From: a candidate division FCPU426 bacterium
GTDB taxonomy: Bacteria; Oederibacteriota; Muellerivitia; Muellerivitales; Muellerivitaceae
DNA length: 64,000 nt
Assembly: GCA_963771075.1 (NCBI GenBank)
Contig: CAVYSE010000007.1
Location: 128,001 to 192,000 of the forward strand
Reading direction: 5' to 3'
The stretch's first letter is position 1. The number at the start of each line of letters is the position of its first letter. Below the pieces are notes generated by a model. The model had not been told where the DNA came from. It saw only the letters and a program-made list of their open reading frames with translations, and made no database searches. This document shows positions 28,603-38,384 of this stretch, piece by piece. The translations under genes and the position numbers were made by a program.

Positions 28603-31107
28603 ATGGAGTCCTACAACTTTACCGAGATCGAGCAACGCTGGAAGCGAATTTGGAAAGAAAATAAGACCTTTTCTTGCGACCTGGCCGAGGCCGACAACAA
28701 ATATTACACCCTCGTCATGTTCCCTTATCCCTCCGGCGATTTCCTTCACGCAGGCCATGGGCGCAACTATATTATCGGCGATGCGGTTTACCGCTATTTC
28801 CGGGCCAGGGGGCACAATGTCCTGAATCCCATGGGGTTCGACGCTTTTGGCCTGCCCGCGGAAAATGCCGCCATCCACAAGAATATCCATCCCGAGACCT
28901 GGACCCTGGGCAATATCGAGCGCATGAAGGGTCAGTTTTACGATTGGGGCATGGGATACGATTGGGACAAAGAGGTGGTTTCCTGTCTGCCCAATTACTA
29001 CCGCTGGACTCAATGGATCTTCCTGAAACTCTACGAGAAGGGTCTGGCCTACCGCAAAAAGGCTTACGTGAACTGGTGCCCTTCCTGCATGACGGTCCTG
29101 GCCAACGAGCAGGTGGTGGACGGTTCCTGTGAGCGGTGCGATTCGGTGGTGGAGCAAAAGGACCTTGAACAATGGTTCTTCAAGATCACCGATTACGCCG
29201 AACGGCTTTTAAATGATATCGACCGGCTGGAAAACTGGCCCGACCGGGTCAAGACCATGCAGCGCAATTGGATTGGCCGGAGCGAAGGGGCCGAAGTTGT
29301 TTTCAAGGTTGAGGATTCCCCCGAAACCATAACGGTATTCACCACCCGGCCCGACACCCTTTTCGGGGCCACTTACATGGTCCTGGCTCCCGAACATCCC
29401 CTGGTTGCGGCCCTCACCAAGGGAAAACCCCAGGAAAATGAAGTGAAGTCCTTCGTGGAAAAGGCGAAGAAACAAAGCTCGCTCGACAGGGTAGGCGAGA
29501 ACGCGGAAAAACTGGGGTTGGACATCGGCGTTAAAGCCGTCAATCCGGTGAACAGCAAGGCCATCCCCATCTTCATCGCCAATTACGTCCTTATGGAATA
29601 CGGCACTGGGGCCATCATGGCTGTGCCCGCCCATGACAAGCGCGACTTCGAATTCGCCAAGAAATACCGGATTTCCATCATCCAGGTGATTGACCCCGCT
29701 GAAGAGGTCAAACATGCTTGGAATGCCGAGAACCATGTTTATGACCCCCAACAGGAACCCTATACCGATGACGGCAAACTGATTAATTCCGGTTTCCTGA
29801 ACGGCTTGGGAGTGGAGCAATCCAAGAAAAAAATGTCTAATTGGCTTTCCGAGAAGGGCCAGGGCAAAGCGGCGGTGACCTACCGTTTGAGAGACTGGCT
29901 CATTTCCCGCCAGCGTTATTGGGGCGCGCCCATCCCCATGATCCATTGCGCCAAGTGCGGCTGGGTCCCCGTGCCCGAAAAGGACCTGCCGGTGGAACTT
30001 CCCAAACAAGTAGAATTCAAGCCCACTGGAGAATCGCCCTTGAAGAGTGTTCCTTCTTTTGTAAACACAACCTGCCCCAAATGTGGGGGCATCGCGAGGC
30101 GTGAGACTGACACCATGGATACCTTCGTTGATTCAAGCTGGTATTTCCTTCGCTATATCTCGTCTCAGGACGACCAAAAGGCATTCGATTCCAAGACGGC
30201 CAACCAATGGCTTCCCGTGGATCAATATATTGGCGGGGTTGAGCACGCCATACTCCACCTGCTTTATTCCCGTTTCATCACCAAGGTACTGAAGGACCAG
30301 GGCTTCATCAACTTCGACGAGCCCTTCGCCCGTCTTTTCACCCAGGGCATGATCACCAAGGGCGGGGTCAAGATGTCCAAGAGCAAGGGAAACTCAGTCC
30401 AGCCGGATACCCTGATTCAAAAGTACGGCTCGGACACTTACCGCCTCTACACGCTTTTCATCGGCCCGCCTGAAAGGGACGTTGAATGGGACGACCGCGC
30501 CGTGGAAGGTGGGTTCCGATTCCTCAACCGGGTCTGGAAGCTTTACCAGGAGTTCCTGGAAAGGCCCGACGCTTCCACCGCCCGATCGGCCGAGCCGGCC
30601 ACCGAGGCTGATAAGGAAGTGAAACGAAAGACCCACCAGACCATCGCCAAGGTTAGCGAGGATATGGTAGGCGGGTTCCGTTTCAACACCGCCATCAGCG
30701 CCATGATGGAGCTATTGAACCTTCTTTCCGACTATAAAGCGGGGCCCGAGGCGAAGACGGGTCTGATCCGGGAAGCGTTGGAGTCGATGGTCCGGTTGAT
30801 GGGGCCCTTTACCCCCCATATTTCGGAGGAAATGTGGAAGGGGTTAGGAAAGGAAGGAGGGCTTTTCGCGGGTGGGTGGCCCAACTTTGATCAGGGCTGG
30901 CTGAAGGCGGACGCTGTTGAAATTGTTGTGCAAGTCAATGGCAAGATCCGCTCGCGCCTGACCGTGCCCCTGGGGTTGGATGAGACGGGGATTCGGGCGC
31001 TGTTGGACCAGGACGAGAAGCTCCAAAAGGGCCTGGAAGGCTTGAAGGTGCAGAAACTGATCTGGGTGAAGGATAAGCTGGCCAACCTGATCGTGAAGCC
31101 GGTATAA
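28603..31107 (+). CDS. leuS: Leucine--tRNA ligase
   Basis: MFPYPSG.LHAGH, GFDAFGLPAENAA, VFTTRPDT, YGTGAIMAVPAHD, RLRDWLISRQRYWG, YIGGVEHA, KMSKS. Confidence 0.98.
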   Translation: MESYNFTEIEQRWKRIWKENKTFSCDLAEADNKYYTLVMFPYPSGDFLHAGHGRNYIIGDAVYRYFRARGHNVLNPMGFDAFGLPAENAAIHKNIHPETWTLGNIERMKGQFYDWGMGYDWDKEVVSCLPNYYRWTQWIFLKLYEKGLAYRKKAYVNWCPSCMTVLANEQVVDGSCERCDSVVEQKDLEQWFFKITDYAERLLNDIDRLENWPDRVKTMQRNWIGRSEGAEVVFKVEDSPETITVFTTRPDTLFGATYMVLAPEHPLVAALTKGKPQENEVKSFVEKAKKQSSLDRVGENAEKLGLDIGVKAVNPVNSKAIPIFIANYVLMEYGTGAIMAVPAHDKRDFEFAKKYRISIIQVIDPAEEVKHAWNAENHVYDPQQEPYTDDGKLINSGFLNGLGVEQSKKKMSNWLSEKGQGKAAVTYRLRDWLISRQRYWGAPIPMIHCAKCGWVPVPEKDLPVELPKQVEFKPTGESPLKSVPSFVNTTCPKCGGIARRETDTMDTFVDSSWYFLRYISSQDDQKAFDSKTANQWLPVDQYIGGVEHAILHLLYSRFITKVLKDQGFINFDEPFARLFTQGMITKGGVKMSKSKGNSVQPDTLIQKYGSDTYRLYTLFIGPPERDVEWDDRAVEGGFRFLNRVWKLYQEFLERPDASTARSAEPATEADKEVKRKTHQTIAKVSEDMVGGFRFNTAISAMMELLNLLSDYKAGPEAKTGLIREALESMVRLMGPFTPHISEEMWKGLGKEGGLFAGGWPNFDQGWLKADAVEIVVQVNGKIRSRLTVPLGLDETGIRALLDQDEKLQKGLEGLKVQKLIWVKDKLANLIVKPV

Positions 31108-31111
31108 GGAA

Positions 31112-31687
31112 ATGTTTACCAGCAAAGCGCCAAGGCGCCTGGAACGGTCATTTAAATTCCGGAAAAAGAAAAAAATGATAAAGCCATTCGTGTTCATAAC
31201 GACTTTGTTCATCTTGGAAGGATTGGGCATCGGATGCCGGCCGCCCATTTTGATAGTGCCTTCTTATATCAAAACCGTTGGCGTCGCCCCGGTGGATAAC
31301 AAGACTAGCTGGTTCGGATTGGATACGGTTCTGACACAAAATCTCATAACTCAGTTCCAGCAGGACGGGCGCCTGGGGATTGAGGACCCGGATCATGCGG
31401 ACATGGTGGTTAAGGTTATTATCCGCAAATACACCGAAACCCCGGAGAGTTTCGACCCCAAAACCAACGCGGTTCTGCAATACCTGGATTCGATTGATTA
31501 CGACGTGGTCGCCCTGGACCATGTCGAGAGCAAGACCCTGACCGAAACCACCGGTTTGACCGACAGTCTTTATTACTATACGACCTACAATGTGGGTGCC
31601 ATTCCCCAGACTCGGGACCAGGCCCTTCTCCAACTGGAACAGGATATGTCCCGCTTGATTGTGCTTCGGGTGATGCAGGGAAATTAG
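31112..31687 (+). CDS. lptE: LPS assembly lipoprotein LptE-like
   Basis: Lipobox-like GIGC, PSYIKTVGVAPVDNKT..GLD..LTQ.L...F pattern; leuS-lptE-holA synteny. Confidence 0.7.
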   Translation: MFTSKAPRRLERSFKFRKKKKMIKPFVFITTLFILEGLGIGCRPPILIVPSYIKTVGVAPVDNKTSWFGLDTVLTQNLITQFQQDGRLGIEDPDHADMVVKVIIRKYTETPESFDPKTNAVLQYLDSIDYDVVALDHVESKTLTETTGLTDSLYYYTTYNVGAIPQTRDQALLQLEQDMSRLIVLRVMQGN

Positions 31688-31773
31688 TGGAAATTGAGAT
31701 AATTTCCCCCGGAGACAAAGAGGCACAAATGAAACTTCATGGGGGGACGTCCGAAAAAAGGAAAGGAAGCGCT

Positions 31774-32589
31774 ATGAACCTAATAAGAACTGCTAACAAA
31801 GCCATAAACTTTCACCGCGAAGACGCGAAAATCACGAAGATAAGCAAAGTTTTGTTACAGAATCTAAAATTCATTACTTTCGTGGTTTGGGCGGCTGGGT
31901 TTTCGCTGGAGTCGACCGCTTGGGCCGACCTCCAATGGATCACGGGGAGCATCCCCAAGAACGCGCCCGCCAGCCAGAACGGGAACGTGGTCAATGACGC
32001 ACCAGGAGCCCCGCCTTCTTCCGCTCCCGTGGCCAACCAGGAAGTGATTGTCAGCCACATGATCACCTGTTCCAAAATCGTGAATCAGTACCCCGCCGAT
32101 AGTGTCAATTATTTCTATCTGGATAAGAGCCAAGAGATCAATTATTTCGCCTATTTTCTGATGAAGCCCTCCAGCCGCATCCACACGGCTACGGTGGAAG
32201 TTTACAATCCCATGGGTTTCCAGATCCTGAAGCATGACCAGGAGTTCACGGTGGGATTCACGGACCGGCTCCTGACGGTCGAAAACAGCACCTACCAATG
32301 GTACCTGGTCTCCACCAACCTCCAAATGAACAACCTGAACGCCTCCGAGGGCCAGACCGGGCTTCCCAAGGACGTGGGTCTCTACACCATCCACCTGATC
32401 GTGGACGGCCAGCTTGTCGGAATCACCTTCTTTTACGTGAAGGCCCAAGCGCCTAAGTCGCCCGAGGCCTTGCCATCTGCCGCGCCCGCAGCCAAGCCGG
32501 GAGCCGGGGCCAGTTCTGCCCCCTCCACTTTCCTCCCTCCGGCTTTCAATACCCAGCCCATCCAACCGATACCCGGGGCGATCCAATGA
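31774..32589 (+). CDS. Exported hypothetical protein (beta-rich core, Pro/Ala-rich linkers)
   Basis: ATG 31774 behind AAGGA; hydrophobic segment ending AWA; GLYTIHLIVDGQLVG..FYV Ig-like ending. Confidence 0.65.
   Translation: MNLIRTANKAINFHREDAKITKISKVLLQNLKFITFVVWAAGFSLESTAWADLQWITGSIPKNAPASQNGNVVNDAPGAPPSSAPVANQEVIVSHMITCSKIVNQYPADSVNYFYLDKSQEINYFAYFLMKPSSRIHTATVEVYNPMGFQILKHDQEFTVGFTDRLLTVENSTYQWYLVSTNLQMNNLNASEGQTGLPKDVGLYTIHLIVDGQLVGITFFYVKAQAPKSPEALPSAAPAAKPGAGASSAPSTFLPPAFNTQPIQPIPGAIQ
31811..31900. repeat. Copy of the dispersed inverted-repeat element inside a CDS 5' end
   Basis: Left arm TTCACCGCGAAGACGCGAAAATCACGAAG; degenerate right arm TTTCGTGGTTTGGGCGGCT. Confidence 0.55.
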
Positions 32590-32628
32590 GCCAAGGGTTT
32601 TTTCGAGCCCGCCCGTCAGGGGTCCTCG

Positions 32629-33657
32629 ATGTACTTTGACGATTTTTTAGCCAGGTTAAAAAAAGGGACCCTAGCCAATCTAGTCCTGTTATATGGGGAA
32701 GCGGAAGGCGTGCTTTCCGAAGGAAGCCATGCCTTCAAGCAGGCATTCCTGAAAATTCACCCCGCCGCCGAGCAACAGGTCTTTGAGGGCGGGACTCACA
32801 GCCTCAGCGACGTCTTATCTTCCGCACAAACCGTGTCCCTGTTTGCCGAAAGTCAGATGCTTACGGTGAAACACGCCGAGAAATTCCTGGGGGGGAAGTC
32901 CGACGAGGGCCTGAAACAACTTGAGGCCTACGCGAAGAACTTCAATTCAACCACCTATTTGTTGTTCCTGGCGGAGGGCTTGCGGAAAACATCCAAGGCC
33001 GTCAAGGTTTTCGAAGGCTCCGGATGGGCGGTCCATTGCGCTGAAATCCCGGAATGGAAGATCCCGGCAATGGTTAAGGCGGATGCCCAAGCCCTGGGAT
33101 TGAGCCTGCCGGAGGATGCCTCCCAACTATTGGTCCAGAAGATCGGGCCGGACCTTTCCTACCTGAAAAGGGCTTTGGAGCAGTTGTCCTTGATGATCCA
33201 TCCCCGCAAGAACGCCGCCTTGGAAGATGTGAAAGAACTCCCCGCGCCCGGCGTGGAAGCGGATGTATTCCCCTTTTTGGACATGATCGGGAACCGGAAT
33301 GGGGAAAAGGCCCTCCGGATGTTGGCTCAGATGCCGGGCGGCCCAGACCCGGGAACATTGGCGCTACTCTACGGCCGTATTCGCGAGTTATTGGGGCTGT
33401 CCTTGGGCCGGGCCAAGGGAATGGACCAGGCCGCCCTGGCTTCCCAAATGGGCTTAAATCCATGGCGGGTGAAAGTTCTCTGGGATCAAAGTGGAAAGTA
33501 TAGGCCCGATGAACTCAAGGCGGCGATGAAGGATTTGATCCATCTTCAGGCGGGAATGGTGACGGGCAAGTTGAGCAAAGAGGCGGTCGGGGTTTCCCTG
33601 GAAGGGTGGATCATGAAATGGGGAACCGCCCCTAAGGCAGGGATTAGGCAAAGATAA
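32629..33657 (+). CDS. holA: DNA polymerase III delta subunit
   Basis: LVLLYGE, AQTVSLFAE, LVQKIGPDL..L..ALEQL, VFPFLD, MGLNPWRV; next to rpsT. Confidence 0.88.
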   Translation: MYFDDFLARLKKGTLANLVLLYGEAEGVLSEGSHAFKQAFLKIHPAAEQQVFEGGTHSLSDVLSSAQTVSLFAESQMLTVKHAEKFLGGKSDEGLKQLEAYAKNFNSTTYLLFLAEGLRKTSKAVKVFEGSGWAVHCAEIPEWKIPAMVKADAQALGLSLPEDASQLLVQKIGPDLSYLKRALEQLSLMIHPRKNAALEDVKELPAPGVEADVFPFLDMIGNRNGEKALRMLAQMPGGPDPGTLALLYGRIRELLGLSLGRAKGMDQAALASQMGLNPWRVKVLWDQSGKYRPDELKAAMKDLIHLQAGMVTGKLSKEAVGVSLEGWIMKWGTAPKAGIRQR

Positions 33658-33662
33658 GATCA

Positions 33663-33763
33663 TTCACCGCGACGACGAGAAGATGAAAAAACGCAAAGAA
33701 GGGTCGAATAATTTCTCCGAAAATTCACGACTTTTCGGGGTTTCTTCGCCTCTTCGCGGTGAA
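33663..33763. repeat. 101-bp element with terminal inverted repeats (copy B); may serve as a bidirectional terminator
   Basis: Perfect TTCACCGCGA / TCGCGGTGAA ends, extending to 18/21 complementary bases; between convergent holA and rpsT. Confidence 0.75.
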
Positions 33764-33785
33764 AATAGTTAAGACGATTTGGGCG

Positions 33786-34046
33786 TTAAGCTTTGAACTT
33801 CTTGGCCACGAAAGCGGAGAGTCGAGAAGCTTGGCGGGAGGCGGTGGCGCGCTTGAAAATCCCGTGGGACCAGGCCTTGTCCAAGGTTTTGATGGCGACG
33901 ATCAGGTTTTTCTTGGCTTCCTCGGCGGTTTTGGCGGTGCGGACGGCTTTCACGGCCGTGCGGATGCGGTTTTTCTCGGCCGAATTGCGGGCAGTGCGGC
34001 GTTCGGTGCGGCGGACATCTTTAATCGCGGACTTAATAAGCGGCAT
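33786..34046 (-). CDS. rpsT: 30S ribosomal protein S20
   Basis: MPLIKSAIKDVR..ERR..RN...KNRIRTAVK, LDKA..GI.K..ASR..SRL. Confidence 0.97.
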   Translation of the reverse strand: MPLIKSAIKDVRRTERRTARNSAEKNRIRTAVKAVRTAKTAEEAKKNLIVAIKTLDKAWSHGIFKRATASRQASRLSAFVAKKFKA

Positions 34047-34087
34047 GGATCCTCCAACAGGGTTTAAACAATGAAAAACGAGGGCAC

Positions 34088-34116
34088 ATGGTAAACGAAG
34101 GCAGGGGGGCTGTCAA
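34088..34116 (-). promoter_or_regulatory. Sigma70-type promoter of rpsT
   Basis: Minus strand TTGACA (34116-34111), 17 nt, TACCAT (34093-34088). Confidence 0.65.
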
Positions 34117-34118
34117 CA

Positions 34119-35729
34119 ATGGCTGATTCCAAGGGCTCTACCTCATCCTCGTCGGGTTTGGACGGGCATTTCCGGCTGGTCACCTTCGCGACCTCCATCA
34201 GCCGGATCACCGGGTTCGTACGTGACCAGCTCAACGCGGCCCTTTTCGGAGCGGGTTGGATGTCGGACGCCTATTTCATGGCCATCCGGATTCCCAGCCT
34301 CATGCGGGATCTTTTCGCGGAAGGCGCTCTTTCCAACGCCTTCATCCCCTCCTTGACGTCCCGCCTGGGGAACCGCGAAGACGCCTGGAAACTGGCCTCT
34401 CAAGTTTTCACCCTGCTTTTGATTGTGACCGGCGGATTGACGGCCCTGGGAATCCTGTTCGCTCCCCAACTGGTTTGGGTGATCGCCAACGGTTTTACCC
34501 AGGTAACGGATAAGTTTGCACTGACGGTCCAACTGACCCGGTTCCTTTTTCCTGTCCTAACCTTCGTGTCCCTGGCGGCCTTGTGGATGGGAACCTTGAA
34601 CAGCCTGCACAAATTCACCTGGCCCGCCTTTGCCCCTGTTTTCATGAATCTCACCCAGATCGGGGTGGGGTTCCTCCTGCTGAAAGTCTGGAAAGACGAG
34701 ACCCCGGCCGGAGAACTGCGTAATATCCAGTTGTGGACCCTCTCCATGACCCTGGGAATGCTCCTTCAATGGCTGGTCCAATTACCCGCCGCGAGGAAGG
34801 AAGGCGCGGCCTTCCGCCTAGCTTGGCCGCCCAACCATCCCGGGGTTAAGGAGATGCTGAGGTTGATGGGGCCCGCAGTGGTAAGTTCCTCCGTCTTGCA
34901 AGTGAATATCCTGGTGAATCAATTTTTCGCGTCCTTCTTAACCACCGGCTATGTCACTTACCTCTATTACGGCCAGCGTTTGTTTCAACTTCCTTATGGT
35001 ATCTTTGGAGTTTCCATAGCCACCGTGGTTTTTCCGCTGTTATCCCGCCAGGTTGGCCTAGGGAGGGACGGGGAATTCGCGGGAACCTTATCAAGGGCCC
35101 TGTCGGCTGGCCTTTTCATGATGGTGCCCTGCACGGTAGGAATTTGGATCACGGCACAGGCCGCCTGCCTGCTCGCTTTTCAACATGGCAAGTTCACCCT
35201 CGAGGCAAGCCAGGCTGCCGGTGAGGCGACCGCGCTCTACGCGCTCGGGCTGGTGGGTTCCTCAGGGGTGAAGATATTACTTCCTGCCTTTTACGCGAGA
35301 GGAAACTCAAAAATACCGCTTGTGTCATCCCTTTACGCCATGGGAACTAACGCTGGTTTGAACCTGGCCGGCTTTTTATTTTTGGAGGATTCCCACCTGC
35401 GCTTTTGGGGCCTGGCCCTGGCTTCCGCGGTCGGATCGCTGGTGAACCTGGCTTGGCTCTTGACCCATCTCAAAAAGGTGCAAGTGTCCCTGGAATGGGG
35501 TTTCCTTGGTTCGGAAGGCCTGAAAATTATCCTCGCTTCCGCCTTCATGGGGCTGTCGGCTTGGGGAATAAGGGAGTGGCTCGCGCTAAATCCGATGATC
35601 TGGCCCCGGCTCACCAACTTCCTTTGCCCGGTCCTGGCGGGAGGACTGGTTTATTATCTCTTGGCCCGATGGATGAAAATGAATGGTTTGATTTGGGTGT
35701 TAGGGAAAAGACGCCTTGAATCCAAGTGA
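34119..35729 (+). CDS. murJ: Lipid II flippase MurJ
   Basis: SRITGFVRD, SDAYFMAIRIPSLMRDLFAEGALSNAFIP, YYGQRLFQLPYGIFGVSIATVVFP, AFYA. Confidence 0.96.
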   Translation: MADSKGSTSSSSGLDGHFRLVTFATSISRITGFVRDQLNAALFGAGWMSDAYFMAIRIPSLMRDLFAEGALSNAFIPSLTSRLGNREDAWKLASQVFTLLLIVTGGLTALGILFAPQLVWVIANGFTQVTDKFALTVQLTRFLFPVLTFVSLAALWMGTLNSLHKFTWPAFAPVFMNLTQIGVGFLLLKVWKDETPAGELRNIQLWTLSMTLGMLLQWLVQLPAARKEGAAFRLAWPPNHPGVKEMLRLMGPAVVSSSVLQVNILVNQFFASFLTTGYVTYLYYGQRLFQLPYGIFGVSIATVVFPLLSRQVGLGRDGEFAGTLSRALSAGLFMMVPCTVGIWITAQAACLLAFQHGKFTLEASQAAGEATALYALGLVGSSGVKILLPAFYARGNSKIPLVSSLYAMGTNAGLNLAGFLFLEDSHLRFWGLALASAVGSLVNLAWLLTHLKKVQVSLEWGFLGSEGLKIILASAFMGLSAWGIREWLALNPMIWPRLTNFLCPVLAGGLVYYLLARWMKMNGLIWVLGKRRLESK

Positions 35730-36327
35730 CCCTTTTTTAAATAATCCGAAAAACCCAACCTTTTGGGGAAAGTCTGCCGCCCACCGGTTCATTTATTTAT
35801 TCATCGGCCTCGTATTAGGCATAGGCCTGGCGGGATGGCTTTACTTACAGTACGGTCCTTCGTTTGGGATTGGGACAGGGAGTAAGGATTTCTTGAATGA
35901 TTCGCTCAAGAATCTAAGGAGCGAAAAGGCCAAGCTCGAATCCGCCATCCAACAAACGCCCACTGATCCGGAACTCTTTCATCATTTGGGAAATATGGAT
36001 GTCAAATTGAACCTATTGGAGGATGCTCGGAAGGCTTATGAAAAGGAAATCGGCCTAAATCCATCATCGGCATCGGGTTACCTGAACTTGGGGAATGTCC
36101 TGTTCCTCAAGGCGGATGAGGATCCCCGGTTGTTGGACCAAGCAATTGCCTGTTACAGCCAAAGCGTGATTCTGGATCCCCATTCTGTGGAGGGCCATTT
36201 CAACCTGGCCTATGCCCTTTATGCGAAAAAAGATAAGGATGCCGCGCTGGGTGAATTGGAGGAAGTTCTTCGTTTGAACCCACACCACGCGCAAGCCTTG
36301 GCTTTGAAAAAACGGATCGCCCCATGA
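35716..36327 (+). CDS. Membrane-anchored TPR protein
   Basis: One TM helix then three to four TPRs (HHLGN, YLNLGNV, HFNLAYALY). Confidence 0.8.
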   Translation: MNPSDPFLNNPKNPTFWGKSAAHRFIYLFIGLVLGIGLAGWLYLQYGPSFGIGTGSKDFLNDSLKNLRSEKAKLESAIQQTPTDPELFHHLGNMDVKLNLLEDARKAYEKEIGLNPSSASGYLNLGNVLFLKADEDPRLLDQAIACYSQSVILDPHSVEGHFNLAYALYAKKDKDAALGELEEVLRLNPHHAQALALKKRIAP

Positions 36328-38315
36328 ACCAGCCGCAAGAAGTAAGGATTCGGGGTTGGGCCCTTGCCTTGGATCGCGCCCCCCTCTTTCTTTCCGTTAT
36401 GCTCGTGTTTCTTGTGCCCTTGGTGAACCAGCCCGATGGGATGGACCCCCTATTCCTCAAACAGGAACTTTGCCAGATTTTAACTTTTTTGATGGCGGCT
36501 CTTTGGTTATGGCGATGCTTTCAAACCGGCAAAATTGAATGGGCCTATAGCAAAGCCCTCTGGCCGCTGGGAGCCTTGGTTTTGTGGACCGCGCTGACCG
36601 CCGTTCTTTCCCCCTATTCGCAGGTGAGTTGGGACTATTGGAAAAATTGGATTTGTTTTCCTCTGCTTTATTTTCTTTTCACGCTCGTATGCTTGGAGTT
36701 GTGGCGGGCCGAGAACATCCTTATTGTTTTCATGGCCGCAACCCTGGTGAGTTCCCTCACGGGGGTGACTCAAAGGATGGGGTTATCCTCGGGAGTCTGG
36801 TTGGACATGGTCCGGGCAAACTATTCGGGCAGGGTGATAGCGGGTATGGGGAACCCGGACTTTTTCGCGGGGTTTCTACTCCTGGCTTGGCCTTTAGCGC
36901 TGGCCCTCTATTTCCGTGCCCTTCAACCCGCCACGAAGGCCCTTTGGATGATGGTGACTGTTTTCACCCTGGGAGCCTTGTTTTTAACCCAAAGCAAGGG
37001 GGGATTGCTTGGTTTGGGAGCTGGTTTGGCGATATTTCTCATTTTGTTCATTCTGAAAACAAAGCCGGAAGGGGAAGGAAAAAATAAGCGCCAATTGATT
37101 TCGATCTTGATCGGTGGGATTTTCTTAACCGGGATCTATCCCGCGATTCAAATATTAAAACCCTTGGCCAATCCTCAAAATTCATCCATCCTTTTCCGCG
37201 AACAGCTTTGGTCGGGCGTTTGGAAAATGATCTTGGACCATCCTTTGACCGGGGTTGGGCTGGGCGCCTTTTCCGCTGCCTTCCCCGCCTATCGCCCCTT
37301 GAGTTTGATCTTGGGGCAATCCGAACGCAGCTACGAGGTCAACGAGGCCCATAACTGGGTCCTGTCGTGGCTTTCGCAGACGGGTTGGGTGGGTCTGGGC
37401 CTGGTTTTAACTTTTGGTGCGTTAGTTTTATACCAATGGTGGAGGTTATACCAGGCCAAGGCCATTCCTCCGGCTTTAGGTGCGGGGGCCTTTGCCGCTT
37501 TTGGAGGCATCGCGGTAGATAACCTTTTTGATTTGAACCACACCTTGCCAAGCACACTCGTGCCTTTCCTGTTTCTATCGGCTTTGCCGGTCGCCTTGTC
37601 CCAACGCTTTTACCGCATGGCGGGCTTTCCTATTCAAGCCAAGGAAGTAAAACTTGCCGGTATTCGTTCCTTGTGGTTTGTCTTGTCCCTTATGGCAACT
37701 GGGTTGTGTTTCTTTCAGATATGGAAAAGTTTTGAGGAACAATGGGCGGATGTCCAGTTAAAAACGGCCGTCCGGTTGTCTCAGGCAAAACAATGGAACG
37801 AGGCGCTGAAGTCCTATGACAAAACCCTGCTTTTTGACCCGAACAATGTGATGGCCCTATATTTCAGGGGATCGGTATATGCAGGTCTTGGGGGAGAGGG
37901 GGATAACGAAAAGGCCCTCGCGGATTTCAACGAGGTGACCGGTATGGAACCGGATTATGTACTGGTCCATTTCAAAAAGGCTCAGGTTCTAAGAAACTTG
38001 GGAAGAACCTCTGATTCGGAAATGGAAATGAAGAGGGCGATCGCTTTAGACCCGCAAGTGGTCGGTCAACTTCCCGAATATCAGGAAGCCCGAACCAGGG
38101 TGAACGAGAAACATTATCAAGATGCTTTAATGATTTATCAGAAATTGGTTTTCGATTATCCTACCTGCGTTCCGGCCCTGGTGGATGAGGCCAATTGCCT
38201 CTTTTTATTGGGAAAAAAGTCCGAAGCCCATTCCGTTTATCAGCAGGCGCTTCGTTTAGACCCGGAAAACGATCAGGCCAAGCAAAACCTACAACAACTC
38301 TTCCAAAAAAGTTAA
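36324..38315 (+). CDS. O-antigen ligase / O-oligosaccharyltransferase family protein with C-terminal TPRs
   Basis: RVIAGMGNPDFFAGFL, LTQSKGG, R..LW....MILDHPLTGVGLG.F, AHNWVL, then TPRs. Confidence 0.85.
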   Translation: MNQPQEVRIRGWALALDRAPLFLSVMLVFLVPLVNQPDGMDPLFLKQELCQILTFLMAALWLWRCFQTGKIEWAYSKALWPLGALVLWTALTAVLSPYSQVSWDYWKNWICFPLLYFLFTLVCLELWRAENILIVFMAATLVSSLTGVTQRMGLSSGVWLDMVRANYSGRVIAGMGNPDFFAGFLLLAWPLALALYFRALQPATKALWMMVTVFTLGALFLTQSKGGLLGLGAGLAIFLILFILKTKPEGEGKNKRQLISILIGGIFLTGIYPAIQILKPLANPQNSSILFREQLWSGVWKMILDHPLTGVGLGAFSAAFPAYRPLSLILGQSERSYEVNEAHNWVLSWLSQTGWVGLGLVLTFGALVLYQWWRLYQAKAIPPALGAGAFAAFGGIAVDNLFDLNHTLPSTLVPFLFLSALPVALSQRFYRMAGFPIQAKEVKLAGIRSLWFVLSLMATGLCFFQIWKSFEEQWADVQLKTAVRLSQAKQWNEALKSYDKTLLFDPNNVMALYFRGSVYAGLGGEGDNEKALADFNEVTGMEPDYVLVHFKKAQVLRNLGRTSDSEMEMKRAIALDPQVVGQLPEYQEARTRVNEKHYQDALMIYQKLVFDYPTCVPALVDEANCLFLLGKKSEAHSVYQQALRLDPENDQAKQNLQQLFQKS

Positions 38316-38384
38316 AGAATTGAATTTAAAATATTAACTAATTGAGCCCTGAAAGGGTTCGGAAGTTATTCATTGGGGGAGCCA

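Noticed and set aside
38316..38384. ZTP or purine riboswitch upstream of purN
   Set aside because: Only a short hairpin (GAGCCCT-GAA-AGGGTTC) in about 70 bp; no consensus nucleotides.
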